Shown: positions 53,424 to 63,048, counted from the first letter of the stretch. The stretch is DNA of 64,000 nucleotides from Trueperaceae bacterium (GCA_965213705.1 OZ243913.1:1472001-1536000); one strand, 5' to 3'. Numbers and translations are program-made. The notes: generated by a model not told the origin, from the sequence alone.

Positions 53424-54122
53424 ATGGCTGTTGACATTTACGGAGGGCGCGAGCCGCTCGAGATGCCACTTTACACTTACGCAGAGGCGTCTCGGTACCT
53501 CAATGTGCCGGTCAGCACTATAAGGTCATGGGCAAAAGGGCGCTACTACATCTATGCAAATGAAAGGCGCTTTTCAGACCCCCTGATAGTTGCAGTGGGG
53601 GACAACAGTTTGCCCTTGTCCTTTCACAACCTCGTCGAACTACATGTGCTCAGTGCATTACGTCATTTCCACAACGTCACCAGTTTTGCCATTCGCTCAG
53701 CTTTAGACAATGCCAGGGCTGAGTTTGGGGAGCAGGACAGACTTTTGTTGCGTGATGATTTAAGCACGTTCGGCGGTGACGTTTTTGTCGAGGCTTTGGG
53801 ACACCTGATCAACTTGAACAAAGGCCGACAGATAGTTTTGAAAGATATTCTCAAGAACTATCTGCGAAGAGTTATCAGGGACGAATCAAAAATTCCTGTA
53901 AAGCTTTACCCTGTTGCCAGAAATCCGGATAGTCCGGACAACTCTGTTTCTATCGACCCCAGAGTTTCGTTCGGTAGACCTGTCGTCAAAGGGACGGGCG
54001 TAAGTACAGGGGTTATAGCTGCGCGCATAAACGCCGGAGAAAGTATGGAAACCGTAGCAGGAGATTACGGTTTGACCACTGAGGTCATTAAGGATGTCCT
54101 TTACTACGAACAAGCGGCCTAA
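53424..54122 (+). CDS. DUF433-containing antitoxin (VapB45-like, N-terminal HTH)
   Basis: LYTYAEASRYLNVPVSTIRSW, LSFHNLVELH, IDPRVSFGRPVVKGTGV. Confidence 0.88.
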   Translation: MAVDIYGGREPLEMPLYTYAEASRYLNVPVSTIRSWAKGRYYIYANERRFSDPLIVAVGDNSLPLSFHNLVELHVLSALRHFHNVTSFAIRSALDNARAEFGEQDRLLLRDDLSTFGGDVFVEALGHLINLNKGRQIVLKDILKNYLRRVIRDESKIPVKLYPVARNPDSPDNSVSIDPRVSFGRPVVKGTGVSTGVIAARINAGESMETVAGDYGLTTEVIKDVLYYEQAA

Positions 54123-54124
54123 GG

Positions 54125-54601
54125 GTGCCCGACTTCACGTTTTTTTTAGATGAAAACCTACACAGCGAAACTTTCTCGAGCATCCTTGTAGAGGCAGAGC
54201 TTGACGTCGAACTTCACAAAAACCACTTTCCCCAGGGGGTAAGCGATACGGTGTGGATACCCGAAGTCGCGTCGAGGGGATGGATAGCGGTGACGGGTGA
54301 CGTAAAAACAAGATTTAAGCGCCCCGAGGTTGAGAAAATCGTACTTTCAAAAGCCAGGGTCTTACACTTGGTTGTCGGTAAAAATGCAACTCACCCTGTT
54401 CTCGCTCAAAATTTTGTCAACACACTACCCTCAATCAATTCATTTTTAAGAAGACACACCGCCCCGTGCCTAGCAACAATCACCCGCCCAAGTAAACCGG
54501 AGGATTTTGGTGCCGGGCGACCGGGCGGTGTTTATTCGAAAGAAGCAAAAATCGTAGAGGTGCGACTCACGCTTATACGGCAGGGCCACACGGGTATATA
54601 G
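54125..54601 (+). CDS. PIN-like toxin (VapC45 type)
   Basis: FFLDENL, DTVWIPEVASRGWIAVTGD. Confidence 0.82.
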   Translation: MPDFTFFLDENLHSETFSSILVEAELDVELHKNHFPQGVSDTVWIPEVASRGWIAVTGDVKTRFKRPEVEKIVLSKARVLHLVVGKNATHPVLAQNFVNTLPSINSFLRRHTAPCLATITRPSKPEDFGAGRPGGVYSKEAKIVEVRLTLIRQGHTGI

Positions 54602-54623
54602 TTCGCACTCAAATTAAAAAAGC

Positions 54624-54658
54624 GGAGGCACGCCGGGGGGAAGGTGCCTCCGAAAAAA
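54624..54658. terminator. Hairpin flanked by A-runs
   Basis: CGGAGGCAC...GTGCCTCCG-A6. Confidence 0.55.
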
Positions 54659-54927
54659 GTGTAGGGGCTAACGTTGTCCGGAAAAGCCGCCTACACTACA
54701 GGTGGAAGCTGGAGTCGTCGGGCTGGAACGCTGCAGTCCCGTCCCACCAATCAAAAGGCCCAAATACCTAGTGCATGTGCCCCGGTCGTACCAAGGCGCG
54801 TGCGTCTGTTTAGCTCGGGGTGGGGCGTGCTACGGTCAACCTACCAGCTGTGCCACAGTTGGTGCTTGTCACCCGTTTGGAACCGAACCTAGACAGTACA
54901 CGACCCTGTCCGCTTCCACGCCCGTGT

Positions 54928-56103
54928 ATGGCAGAAGGGACAGACGTGACCGCTGTCGTCGCAACGCCCACCGACACGCTCGCCGTCAATGCAATGTCTA
55001 AGGACAAAATCACCACCTGGGGCGCGACCCGCAGCCAGTTAGAAGCTATTCTCGAGGGCATGGCGGAAGGCTTGCTCGTCTTAGAGCCCGTCTCCGGCGA
55101 CATGTTGTACTTAAACGAGGCGGCTAGAAAGCTGCTCGGTTTCAGCCACGACCAAGACGTCAACTACCCTGCCGCCTGGTACGCCGAGCGGTTTTTACTG
55201 CACCGTCCGGACGGCCGCGAGGTCACGCCGGACGAGCGCCCGACCAGCAGGATAAGGCGCGGCGAGACGTTCACCGGGCTGAGGCTGCAGGTGACGCGCC
55301 CGGACAACGGCCCGGGCAAGGACTCGCAACCGGTGCCGCCCTGGATGGGCAGCTTCAGCGGCACGCTCGTCAAGGATTCCATCGTGTTGGGCGTCGTCAC
55401 GCTGCAAGACGTGACGCTGCAGCTCGAGGCCGAAGCGGGTTTCTGCACCATCTTTCACGCCAGCCCCACGCCGACGAGCATTATCAGGGTGTCCGACGGT
55501 GTGTTCGTCGACACAAACGCGAGCTTTAGCGAGTTGACCGGCTACGGGCGGGACGAACTTCTGGGGCGCTTGCCCGCCGACTTCAACCTGCACGTCGAAA
55601 CCGAAAAGCGCAACCTGGTGCTGCGGCGCGGCCAGGAGCGGGGCAGCTTGCCGCCCCTCGAGCGCGATTTGCGCCGCAAAGACGGTACGCACCTCCGGGT
55701 CGAGACGTCAGGCGAAGTTATCACCATCGGCGGCGAGCCGCACCTGCTCGACACCTTCATCGACGTTACCGAACAGCGCCGCACCGAAGAAGAACTGCTC
55801 CAGGCCATCGAAGAAGTGATGCGCGACACGAGCTGGTTCAGCCGCAGCGTGGTCGAAAAGCTCGCCAACCTGAAAGCTCGAGCGCAAGAGCACGATTCCG
55901 TCGAGGTGCAAGAACTCACCCGGCGCGAACGGCAAGTGCTCGGCGCGCTGGCCCAAGGCCTCAACAACGACCAAATCGCCGAGAGTTTGGGCATCAGCAA
56001 GAACACGGTGCGCAACTACGTCGCGGGCGTGTACGGCAAACTCGGCGTGTCCTCCCGCGCCGAGGCGGTGGTGTGGGCGCGCGAGCGGGGCATCGTGAAT
56101 TAG
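54928..56103 (+). CDS. PAS-PAS-LuxR (HTH) transcriptional regulator
   Basis: Two PAS domains (LNEAARKLLG; TNASFSELTGYGRDELLGR); LTRRERQVL...NDQIAESLGISKNTVRNYV; start uncertain (54928 or 54994). Confidence 0.92.
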   Translation: MAEGTDVTAVVATPTDTLAVNAMSKDKITTWGATRSQLEAILEGMAEGLLVLEPVSGDMLYLNEAARKLLGFSHDQDVNYPAAWYAERFLLHRPDGREVTPDERPTSRIRRGETFTGLRLQVTRPDNGPGKDSQPVPPWMGSFSGTLVKDSIVLGVVTLQDVTLQLEAEAGFCTIFHASPTPTSIIRVSDGVFVDTNASFSELTGYGRDELLGRLPADFNLHVETEKRNLVLRRGQERGSLPPLERDLRRKDGTHLRVETSGEVITIGGEPHLLDTFIDVTEQRRTEEELLQAIEEVMRDTSWFSRSVVEKLANLKARAQEHDSVEVQELTRRERQVLGALAQGLNNDQIAESLGISKNTVRNYVAGVYGKLGVSSRAEAVVWARERGIVN

Positions 56104-56174
56104 TGCAGGTGTAACGCTTTTACCAGGACACTGAACACTACCCCCCCCCCCCATCCCATGCTCTAATACTTCAA

Positions 56175-56251
56175 GCGGACGAACCGTCCGCGCTTCGGGG
56201 GGAGCAGTACCTGCAGCTTATTTGCTTCGGCAACACTGCAGGTATTTTTTT
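56175..56251 (+). ncRNA. Candidate small structured RNA or leader ending in an intrinsic terminator
   Basis: GCGGAC-GAACC-GTCCGC hairpin; TACCTGCAG...CTGCAGGTA-T7 with internal TTGC-TTCG-GCAA. Confidence 0.35.
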
Positions 56252-56490
56252 CTCGACTTTCGGTTAGGGGGCAGTGTGACAAAAGGCAGCGTGACAGAGG
56301 ACTGCAGGGTAAAGGCCTGCAGGGTAGGGGGCGGTATGAACGGCGTTGGTCTCAGCAAATTTTATAGTGGGCGCTCACCAGTTTTGCGCCCACGTTTCAA
56401 GAACCGGAGCGGTTTCAGGGTCTCGAGTTTGGAGGAGCGAGTGGCTGCGCCCTGGTATCCCACGGTGCGCCGCGAAAGCGGGAAACGCCT

Positions 56491-57405
56491 GTGAACGCCG
56501 TGTTCGACGGTGTCAACGCGGGCCGAAGGGCCGAGGCGGCCGTCCCCGACTTTGTCCCCGATTTTTTAGCCGCGTTGGCCGACCGCGTGGTGATGCTCGA
56601 CGCGGTGGGCCGCGTGACCGCTTTGAGCGAAGCGCCCACCGCGGCCACGCCGACGATGGCCTCACAGACGCTGCTGCGGCCGGGTATGGGTTACGTGGCG
56701 CTGTGCCGCCGCGCCGAAACCGCGGGCCTGGCGGCCGCCGGAGCGGTGGCCGACGCCGTGACGGCGCTGCTGTGGGGCACGAGGCCGGACGTGCAGCTAG
56801 AGCTGCAGCACCCCGCGCGCTGTCTCGAGGTGCAGGCGACGTCCCTGCAAACCGGTCCCGGCGCGGTACTGGTTCACCGCGACATGACCGCGGCCTCGGT
56901 GCGGCTGCGTGAACTGCGCGACCTCGCCTACTCGGACACCCTGACCGGTCTGCACAACCGCCACTACTTTTTTCAAAAGGCCGGGACGCACCTGCAGGGC
57001 GCGCGGCAGGACGGGTGCGGGGTAGCCCTCGTGTACCTCGACTTAAACGGCTTCAAGCTCGTCAACGACACCTACGGCCACGCGGTCGGGGACGAAGTGC
57101 TCGCAATCATGGGCGCGCGGTTGCGGGGGTTGCTGCGTTCGGGCGACCTGCTGGCGCGCTTGGGCGGTGACGAGTTCGCTTTTTTGGTGCGGGTAGAGGA
57201 CGTGCGGGCGGTGGAAAGGTTGACCGAGCGCATTCGCCGCACCCTGCGGCAGCCGGTGGCGCTGAACGGTGCCGAGTTGCACTTGTCGGTGAGCGTCGGG
57301 ACGGCGCTGGCCCCGGAGTCGGGCGACGCGGGCCCGGACGACGTCGCGGCGCTGCTCGAGACAGCCGACCGCGCCATGTACGCGGCCAAACGGCGGCGAG
57401 CTTGA
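56491..57405 (+). CDS. Diguanylate cyclase (degenerate PAS-like + GGDEF)
   Basis: DTLTGLHNR, DLNGFKLVNDTYGHAVGD, RSGD I-site, RLGGDEF. Confidence 0.92.
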   Translation: MNAVFDGVNAGRRAEAAVPDFVPDFLAALADRVVMLDAVGRVTALSEAPTAATPTMASQTLLRPGMGYVALCRRAETAGLAAAGAVADAVTALLWGTRPDVQLELQHPARCLEVQATSLQTGPGAVLVHRDMTAASVRLRELRDLAYSDTLTGLHNRHYFFQKAGTHLQGARQDGCGVALVYLDLNGFKLVNDTYGHAVGDEVLAIMGARLRGLLRSGDLLARLGGDEFAFLVRVEDVRAVERLTERIRRTLRQPVALNGAELHLSVSVGTALAPESGDAGPDDVAALLETADRAMYAAKRRRA

Positions 57406-57557
57406 GGGCTGGGGCGGCCCTCAAGCTCGCCGCCGTTTGCCTCAAACGTTTGTCTTGCACCTGTTAAAGACGGGGGCGGCCTCCTTCTAAGACAAGGGTG
57501 GCCCCGCGGGCAAAGCTTTCGCGGACACCGCGGTCTTTTGACGCGGGCTCGAGCGCC

Positions 57558-57615
57558 CAACTCTTTCAACTGCAACTCTTTCAACTACAGCTCTTTCGGC
57601 CTCGACTCTTCCAGC
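57558..57615. repeat. Degenerate 15-bp tandem repeat x4 (CAACTCTTTCAACTG-like)
   Basis: CTCTT core at 57561, 57576, 57591, 57606. Confidence 0.75.
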
Positions 57616-57753
57616 CCAACGCGCCGACAAGTTTGTTATAGTCCTGACTTACTACCGTGTCAAAAAAGACACACCGGTAACGTAAACCACAGAACTGCGC
57701 GCGACCGCCTCGGGGTGTTCGCGCTGAGGCTTGACGTGCTGGAGGAGGCTTAA

Positions 57754-58563
57754 GTGGACGCTAAAGCAATCGTGGTGACCTCGGGCAAGGGGGGCGTCGG
57801 CAAGACGACGACGACCGCCAACGTGGGCGCGGCCCTGGCCCAGAGTGGGGAAAAAGTCGTCGTCATCGACACCGACGTGGGCCTGCGCAACTTAGACACC
57901 GTTATGGGCCTGGAAGGCCGGGTCGTCTTCGACCTCATCGACGTGTTCGAGGGCCGCTGCAAGCTCAAGCAAGCCCTCATCCGCGACAAACGCGTGGACT
58001 CGCTCTACTTGCTGGCCGCGTCGCAAACCAAAGACAAGAGTTCGCTGAGCGAGGAGCGGATGCGCGAAACGGTTGCCGCGCTGCTCGACGAAGAGGCGTT
58101 CGACCGCGTCATCATCGACTCGCCCGCGGGCATCGAATCGGGTTTTCAAACCGCCGCCTGCGCCGCCGACGGCGCGCTCGTGGTGGTCAACCCGGAGGTG
58201 TCTTCGGTGCGCGACGCCGACCGGATTATCGGCCTGTTGGAGTCAACAGGCATCACCGAGGTCAAACTCATCATCAACCGCTTGCGCCCGGCGATGGTCA
58301 AGCGCGGCGACATGCTGGAGGTCAACGACGTGCTCGAGATTTTAGGCGTCAAACTCATCGGCATCGTGCCCGAGGACGAGAAAATCCTGATTTCGACCAA
58401 CATCGGCAACCCGGCGAGTCTCGACGACAGCACCAAAATCGGTGCGGGCACCGCGTTCCGGGACATCGCGCGGCGCATCCGCGGTGAGGACGTGCCCTAC
58501 CCGAACATGGACGCGCCCGGCGGTTTTCTGGCGGCGCTGCGCCGTCTGCTGGGGGTCGGCTGA
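57754..58563 (+). CDS. minD: Septum site-determining protein MinD
   Basis: TSGKGGVGKTT, GLRNLD, DSPAGIE, SSVRDADR, C-terminal amphipathic helix. Confidence 0.98.
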   Translation: MDAKAIVVTSGKGGVGKTTTTANVGAALAQSGEKVVVIDTDVGLRNLDTVMGLEGRVVFDLIDVFEGRCKLKQALIRDKRVDSLYLLAASQTKDKSSLSEERMRETVAALLDEEAFDRVIIDSPAGIESGFQTAACAADGALVVVNPEVSSVRDADRIIGLLESTGITEVKLIINRLRPAMVKRGDMLEVNDVLEILGVKLIGIVPEDEKILISTNIGNPASLDDSTKIGAGTAFRDIARRIRGEDVPYPNMDAPGGFLAALRRLLGVG

Positions 58564-58805
58564 TGTTCGGCGGTTTGTTCGGGCGCAAGCGCAGCAAGGA
58601 CCAGCTCAAAGAGCGCCTCAAGCTCGTGCTGTCTTACGACCGCGCCGGGCTCACCCCCGGCAAGATGGAAGAACTCAAGACCGAACTTTTAGAAGTCATC
58701 GGCAAGTATTTTCCCTCGGAGAAAAACGACTACGACGTGACGCTCGAGCAGCAGGGCGACCGCATGGTTTTCGTCGCGAACTTGCCGGTGCGGCCGGAGG
58801 TTTAG
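58563..58805 (+). CDS. minE: Cell division topological specificity factor MinE
   Basis: SKDQLKERLKLVLSYDR...ELLEVIGKYF. Confidence 0.95.
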   Translation: MFGGLFGRKRSKDQLKERLKLVLSYDRAGLTPGKMEELKTELLEVIGKYFPSEKNDYDVTLEQQGDRMVFVANLPVRPEV

Positions 58806-58938
58806 GGGCGGGGGAGGCTAAGTCTTGTCGTCAGTGGCGTTCGCAACCACTGACGACTGAATTCTGACGATTCTCCAAATGAGAGCACCCGAACTCGTTT
58901 GCATAACGACTGGAGCTAACTAAGGTAGACTGTTCGCT

Positions 58939-59364
58939 ATGGTCAAGGCCACGCTCGAGGACATCGCCGTCGCTAGCGACGGCAGCTATTTTCTGATGCT
59001 GTTGGGTACGGGGGACGGGGACATCGTGCCTATTTCCATCGACCCGCTGCAGGCGCAGTCTATCGTCATCGGCCAAGCCCACGAAAAGTTCGAACGGCCC
59101 CTCACGCACGACCTGCTGTTGTCGGTCATCGAAATGCTCAACGCCACGCTCAAACGCATCGAAATTACCAGTCTGCAAGACGGCGTTTACTATTCGCGGC
59201 TGGTGCTCGAGGCCAAGGGCATCGAATACGACATCGACGCGCGCCCGAGCGACGCGATGGCCCTGGCGGTGCGCAGCGACGTGGAGTTGTTTATCGCCGA
59301 AGAGGTCATCGAGCAGGTCGGCATGACGGACGACTTCGGCGGCTCGGGCGGGGTGGAGGCTTGA
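58939..59364 (+). CDS. Bifunctional nuclease family (DUF151)
   Basis: RPLTHDLL, IDARPSDAMALAVR. Confidence 0.93.
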   Translation: MVKATLEDIAVASDGSYFLMLLGTGDGDIVPISIDPLQAQSIVIGQAHEKFERPLTHDLLLSVIEMLNATLKRIEITSLQDGVYYSRLVLEAKGIEYDIDARPSDAMALAVRSDVELFIAEEVIEQVGMTDDFGGSGGVEA

Positions 59365-59454
59365 GCCTCGAGCAGGGGAGTCACAGACTTTTTTCTTTGT
59401 TCCTCGGCTCACGTTTTTACATAATCACCGGACGGACCGAGACGCCGTCTCCTC

Positions 59455-60135
59455 TTATAACGAGTACCCGCCCCGCTCGTCGTCACGAACGATCTGGCCG
59501 TTGCGCAGGACAATCGTGCGCCGCCGCAAGCTGTCGACGAGGTCGCGCGAGTGCGTGGCGACGACGATGGTCGTGCCGCGGATGTTCAGGTCGTTCAAGA
59601 GTTCGACGATTTCCCAACTCGTGTCGGGGTCTAGGTTGCCGGTGGGTTCGTCGCAGAGCAGCAGCGGCGCGTTGGTGACGAGCGCCCGCGCAATCGCCAC
59701 CCGCTGCTGCTCGCCGAGACTGAGTTCGATAGGTTTCGCCTTGCGCTTGTGCGCCAGCCCGACCTGACGCAAAGCCAGCGTCGCGCGCTGTTCAAAGTTG
59801 CCGCGCTCGCCCGTGGCCCGCAACGCGAACACGAGGTTGTCGACCGCGCTCAGGTCGCCCAAGAGCCGGTGGTCTTGAAACACCATGCCGATTTTGCGGC
59901 GCAACAGCGGCAGCTTGCTCTCGCGCACCTTGCTGATGTCTTGGCCTATCAGGTAAACGCTGCCCTCGGTCGGCGTAATCCGGCGCAAGATTAAGGACAA
60001 CAGCGTCGACTTGCCCGCGCCCGAGTGCCCGGTGATGTAGACGAACTCGCCCTTGTGGATGCGAAAGTCCACCGCTTTAAGCGCGTGGGTGTGCGTGCTG
60101 GGGTAGGTTTTGGTCACGTTTTGAAACTGAATCAC
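59455..60135 (-). CDS. ftsE: Cell division ATP-binding protein FtsE
   Basis: GHSGAGKST, LRRKIGMVFQDHRLL, LSLGEQQRVAIARA, DEPTGNLD; TACGAT box before GTG. Confidence 0.93.
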   Translation of the reverse strand: MIQFQNVTKTYPSTHTHALKAVDFRIHKGEFVYITGHSGAGKSTLLSLILRRITPTEGSVYLIGQDISKVRESKLPLLRRKIGMVFQDHRLLGDLSAVDNLVFALRATGERGNFEQRATLALRQVGLAHKRKAKPIELSLGEQQRVAIARALVTNAPLLLCDEPTGNLDPDTSWEIVELLNDLNIRGTTIVVATHSRDLVDSLRRRTIVLRNGQIVRDDERGGYSL

Positions 60136-60291
60136 CTGCTTATCGTACCCGCCTGCGGCGGCGGGGGCAAGCTTGCGTACCTCGTTGCGCACCTCGGCTT
60201 TGCGCGTCTCGAGGGCGCTTGACAAAGCCGAGCGCAAAAGCGTTTAATGGATTTTCGAAGTGTTGGGCACAGAGCCTGACGCGACGTTTTC

Positions 60292-60366
60292 AGGCGCGTA
60301 GCTCAGCGGGAGAGCACCACACTGACACTGTGGGGGTCGGCAGTTCAATCCTGCCCGCGCCTACCA
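60292..60366 (+). tRNA. tRNA-Val (GAC)
   Basis: Cloverleaf: acceptor AGGCGCG/CGCGCCT, D-arm GCTC/GAGC, anticodon loop CT-GAC-AC, T-loop TTCAATC, 3' ACCA. Confidence 0.97.
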
Positions 60367-60464
60367 AAAGAAAAGCCGTGAGGGACGCAAAAAGAGTGAC
60401 CCGGTTCAACACCGGGTCACTTGCTTTTAAGTTGCTTTGCACCTTATTTGCACCTACAGGATTT

Positions 60465-61619
60465 TCAATTTGCCGTGCTTGGGGCGACCTTGGGTAAGAA
60501 GTCGAGAAGGGACACGGCGCTCTTTGCCCGCTGGGACTCAAACAGGTGGGTATAGCGGTCTAGGGTAAACGAGGCTCGAGCATGGCCGAGCCGGTCGGCT
60601 AGCACCTTGGCGTCCATACCGCCCCGGATAGCGAGCGAGGCGTGCAGGTGCCGGAGGTCGTGTAAGCGGACGCGGGGCACGTCGGCTTTATCCATAAGGG
60701 CGTACCGGACACGCTTCAGGTTGCTGGGATTTAAGGGTGTCCCGACTTCAGAAGTAAAGACCAATTCCGGGTGCTGCCACACGCCGCCGAACACAGCCCG
60801 CTCTGCCTCTTGGCGCTGACGGTGCAAGAACAGCACCTCGAGCACATCCGGTGAGAGGGCAACCGTCCTAAAGCCCTTGCGTGTCTTTGGCGTCGACAGG
60901 ACGAGCTGATTCCCAACCTTCACGAACGCCTGTTTGACATGTAGCAGATTTCCCTCAACATCGACCCAGCGCAACCCTAGCAACTCACCCCGGCGTAGGC
61001 CGGTCGACATGCTCAGGTAGAAAAAAGCGTAGAGCCTGTGTTCTCTAGCAGCGTCGAGAAAGCGTGCGGCTTGCTCAGGCTCCCACAAGGTCATCTCACG
61101 CGGCGTTTCCGGCACCGGGTCGGTTGCCTCTACGGGATTGCGCATTACGAGCTGCCAGCGCACGGCCTGTTTGTAAGCACCGTAAAGGAGCGTGCGGCAT
61201 TTTGAGGCCCGCGCTGCGCCCGAGGCGTCCCGTATTTCCCCTATTAGCGTCTGCACTTGCATAGGCGTGAGTTTATCGAGGCGAACGCGCCCAACACGGG
61301 GAATGATGCAGCGTTCTATACAAATTTCATACTCTTCAAATGTCGAAGGCTTTACGTCTCGTTCTTTATCACTAAGCCAGCGCTCGAGGTACTGTGCGAC
61401 CGTCAGTTTGCTTTCTGAGAAAGTCCCGGCGGTGAGTTGCTGTTTTATCTCAGCAATTTTCGTAAGCGTTTCCGCTTGCGTTTTACCCGATACCCACTTG
61501 AACCGTTGTTTACCCGCGTCGTCATAGCCCACTGTGACCTTGCCCCGCCACGTACCATTAGCCTGTTCAAATACTGAGCCCTCACCCTTGCCACGTCTTG
61601 TGCTGCGTCGTCTCGCCAT
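60465..61619 (-). CDS. Tyrosine integrase
   Basis: RRGKGEGSV N-terminal arm; TGLRRGELLGL, PKT, HDLRH, LGH, RYTH catalytic residues intact. Confidence 0.96.
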   Translation of the reverse strand: MARRRSTRRGKGEGSVFEQANGTWRGKVTVGYDDAGKQRFKWVSGKTQAETLTKIAEIKQQLTAGTFSESKLTVAQYLERWLSDKERDVKPSTFEEYEICIERCIIPRVGRVRLDKLTPMQVQTLIGEIRDASGAARASKCRTLLYGAYKQAVRWQLVMRNPVEATDPVPETPREMTLWEPEQAARFLDAAREHRLYAFFYLSMSTGLRRGELLGLRWVDVEGNLLHVKQAFVKVGNQLVLSTPKTRKGFRTVALSPDVLEVLFLHRQRQEAERAVFGGVWQHPELVFTSEVGTPLNPSNLKRVRYALMDKADVPRVRLHDLRHLHASLAIRGGMDAKVLADRLGHARASFTLDRYTHLFESQRAKSAVSLLDFLPKVAPSTAN

Positions 61620-61621
61620 GT

Positions 61622-61867
61622 TTACGCTTCCCCTCTGTACTCGAGCAAGTCGCTAAGCGTAATCGTCTTTCCGGTTTCCTCTCTAAGCACCTCAATAATG
61701 CCCATGAGTAAGGCAACGTCTAAGGTGTCGGGAAGTTCGTTCGACCACCTGTAAACGGTCGTGCGAGACGTGCCCAACATCTCATAAAGGCGCTGATGCA
61801 AGCGGTAGGGCGTGACCGCCTCACGCTTCAGCAGGTCGGGTAGTTTCCAAACGGCTTTGTCTTTCAT
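61622..61867 (-). CDS. XRE/Cro-like HTH regulator
   Basis: WKLPDLLKREAVTPYRL...SRTTVYRW...LSDLLEY; TACACT 7 nt before ATG (leaderless). Confidence 0.75.
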   Translation of the reverse strand: MKDKAVWKLPDLLKREAVTPYRLHQRLYEMLGTSRTTVYRWSNELPDTLDVALLMGIIEVLREETGKTITLSDLLEYRGEA

Positions 61868-61879
61868 CTCTTCTAGTGT

Positions 61880-61966
61880 AACGCTTGTTAGTACCATACA
61901 CCTACTATATACAAGTTCTTAACACTTTACAAGCACTTGACAACATTAACAAGCACGTGGTACTAT
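61880..61966. promoter_or_regulatory. Divergent promoter region with ACAAGC repeats
   Basis: TTGACA-18-TACTAT with upstream TG on + strand; ACAAGCAC x2, ACAAGT and inverted GCTTGT. Confidence 0.6.
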
Positions 61967-62048
61967 AAGGACATCAGAAAAGGCGGCTATCCCGCTAAGA
62001 AACACCGCCTCTTCTGAAATTCAAAGTCCCCCATAGGAGGGAACCAAG

Positions 62049-62249
62049 ATGCAAGTTACCACGTTCGAAAAGTATTTAGCCGCCAGCAAGTTGCAAGACC
62101 AAGCCCGCCACACCATGAACCGGATAGAGGCGAAAGCAGACGAGGGCGTGCGTAAAGCTGAGAAGCTGCTTAACCGGGCATGGGAGCGCTACAACCGCCG
62201 CGCTGCTGTAACCTATGAAGCTGCATACCGCCACTGGGGAGACCTTTAA
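62049..62249 (+). CDS. Small hypothetical element protein
   Basis: AGGAGG RBS, 66 aa, stop overlaps next start. Confidence 0.7.
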   Translation: MQVTTFEKYLAASKLQDQARHTMNRIEAKADEGVRKAEKLLNRAWERYNRRAAVTYEAAYRHWGDL

Positions 62250-62587
62250 TGGTCTCCCTCTCTACCATCCTTGAAGAGTTGGCTACCGGCGCACAGGCTT
62301 ACAGTGACAGGCTCGAGACCTACCACCAGGCGACCGCTAAACTCACCCTTGCCAAGCGCACCTTAGAGACCGCTAGAGGTACGCACCTGTTAAACGGGCT
62401 CGAGGGTAAGAATCAAGCCGAACGGGACGCCCGGCTCGAGTCCCTCATAGTTGAAGAGTTGGCGGCGGTCGAGTTCTTAGAAGACGAGCAAGCACAAGCC
62501 AAGTTGGGGCTCGAGCAAGCCAAACTGTCTTGGGACTTGGCACGCTACAAAGTCCGGGCGTTTGAAGCGTTGGGAGGGGCGGCGTGA
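62249..62587 (+). CDS. Coiled-coil hypothetical phage-like protein
   Basis: GKNQAERDARL motif in a helical protein; coupled overlaps at both ends. Confidence 0.7.
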   Translation: MVSLSTILEELATGAQAYSDRLETYHQATAKLTLAKRTLETARGTHLLNGLEGKNQAERDARLESLIVEELAAVEFLEDEQAQAKLGLEQAKLSWDLARYKVRAFEALGGAA

Positions 62588-63015
62588 AAGCCGCTCCCTT
62601 ACCTCACTCGTTTGTCTTGGCAGACTTGTTTGACGTTTTGGCCCTCGAGCTTCTCATACCCGACCACGTGCTAGAGGATGAGCCGGGGCTCGAGCTTATG
62701 CCTTGTCCTGAGTGCGGCGGTGAGGGTTGGCTCGAGTGCTACGGGTCGGCGTGGGGCGGTGCTTGTGAAGCGTGGGGACGGCCTGACCTTGCTTTCAGCT
62801 ACAAACCTTGCTCACGCTGTCACGGTGAAGGTGAGGTGCTGACTCTAAGCGAGTCGGCACCCCACGCGCCCGCGTGTAAGCGCTGCTTAGACACAGGCTG
62901 GATAGACGCTACACCGACCGCCAAGACACGAGCGGCGGGCTTTCGCTACTTGTTAGGTCGGGGCGTTTGCCCCTGTGGGGCCTGGCGTCACGCGGCTGTA
63001 AACCGGGCGGCGTGA
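62584..63015 (+). CDS. Zn-finger (CxxCxGxG) hypothetical protein
   Basis: CPECGGEG, CSRCHGEG, CKRCLDTG, CPCG. Confidence 0.7.
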   Translation: MKAAPLPHSFVLADLFDVLALELLIPDHVLEDEPGLELMPCPECGGEGWLECYGSAWGGACEAWGRPDLAFSYKPCSRCHGEGEVLTLSESAPHAPACKRCLDTGWIDATPTAKTRAAGFRYLLGRGVCPCGAWRHAAVNRAA

Positions 63016-63048
63016 GGTAGCAGTAAAGGCTCGAGGTTGCTCGAGCCT

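Larger units (their letters stand above)
53067..54606 (+). mobile_element. Decayed IS1595-family element with toxin-antitoxin passengers
   Basis: C-terminal transposase relic GVHHFV..KRSGRTLDAFSWYN...LLRQVEGKLTYKAL; right-end-like GGGTATATAGTTCGC at 54592-54606; lower GC. Confidence 0.55.

Noticed and set aside
56160..56260. c-di-GMP riboswitch upstream of the GGDEF gene
   Set aside because: No class I or class II consensus recognisable; reported only as a generic structured RNA.
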